Positions 63,101-64,000 of a stretch of 64,000 bases of DNA are shown one piece after another; position 1 is the stretch's first letter; each line of letters starts with the position of its first letter. Where the stretch lies: the NCBI GenBank assembly GCA_002245135.1, contig NGBS01000300.1, positions 124,001-188,000 of the forward strand. Direction: 5' to 3'. The notes beneath the pieces are model-generated. The model was not told where the DNA came from, searched no databases, and saw nothing but the letters and a program-made list of their open reading frames with translations. Position numbers and translations under genes: made by a program. Source of the stretch: Proteromonas lacertae (Eukaryota).

Positions 63101-64000
63101 CGACAGTATTTACAGATGCTATTGATTATACAATTCGAGTACAGAGTTATTTCTTGATAAGTAAAAAGATAGTTACAATTGAAATTCTTAGACATTTACC
63201 ATTTGTTATGAGAAAACAATTCTTTTTGATTAAAGACCCAAATAAACAGTTTGTTTATGATCCTGTAGAATATCCTAAACCAATTGCTCAAGATTTCTCC
63301 TATGATTATAATTTCTCATTCCCTTATGCTGAGCAAGGTGCAGATGGTTATCCAGTTGAAATGAATCAAGCTTTAGGAGTCCATATTTCATCTGTTATTC
63401 ATATTAATAAAGGAGGAGTTCGATGGAGTTTTGAATTTTGGGTATTTATATTTATATTTATATTTTTGTTTTATGTTTAGACTACTGGAGGTTTTAATGT
63501 GTATGTATTAGGTGCAAACTATTTTCGTGGACAATTAGGAAATCCAGCAGTTCAACATATCACAGGATTCTTTTTCACAATCCAGAATAATAGAGAAGAT
63601 TGTATCATTATTGTATTTATTCTGTAATAGTGTATTTTGATTATACATTTGATATAACTATGCCAGCTGGTTATAAGTACTTTAAATATACAATATCACT
63701 AGTTACTACCAGTAATATTTTTATTAGTGCAGTAACTGACAGAGTCTATGGTGATATTGGAGGAGAAATGACTTATAGAAGAAATCCAGCTACTTATCCA
63801 ATGAATACTTTAATCAAACGAAATACACTTGTTTATAAGAAAACTCCTCCATATAATTGTAGTTTAACACCTGATTCACCACATTTACCTACTGGTTTAA
63901 CAATATCTCCAATTAATGGCGATTTATATGGTACTCCTACAGAAACAAAAGCAGAAGATGATTATACAGTTTTGTGTTATTCAAAAACTGGTCCTGTAGA
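57137..64000 (+). CDS. Giant secreted PA14 + He_PIG (putative Ig) repeat surface protein, 3' incomplete
   Basis: Signal peptide, repeated LP.GL.....G.ISGTP motifs, PA14-like segments (WEGRLTFTTEGKWLILIKADDEADVYIN) and a discoidin-like PTAWKLYG. Frameshifts near 60360 and 61824, introns after 62119. Confidence 0.8.

Overview
Very AT-rich, gene-dense eukaryotic (protist) genomic DNA. It holds about 30 protein-coding genes, most split by short (25-50 nt) GT-AG introns, plus one tRNA-Glu(TTC). Tiny introns, Sig1/mastigoneme-type EGF proteins, a PA14/He_PIG surface protein, a bacterial-type CoA-disulfide reductase-rhodanese and mitochondrial-type presequences suggest an anaerobic gut stramenopile of the Blastocystis/Proteromonas type. 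That assignment is an inference, not a database result. The standout feature is a ~9.1 kb multi-GAF/coiled-coil gene (31607-40737). Its reading frame can only be rebuilt by removing ten minor-spliceosome (U12-type) introns, eight of them consecutive. All ten begin ATATC(A/T)T, carry a U12-like branch site and are 50-66 nt long; five end in AC and five apparently in AA. A canonical AT-AC intron in a nearby phosducin-like gene independently supports minor splicing. Other observations: a recurrent TCAAGCC motif upstream of start codons, two mastigoneme-like paralogs with repeat inserts punctuated by RxL motifs, and an EHD-like GTPase with an organellar presequence. About ten single-base frameshifts look like assembly errors. 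All exon-intron structures were deduced by eye and need RNA-seq confirmation.
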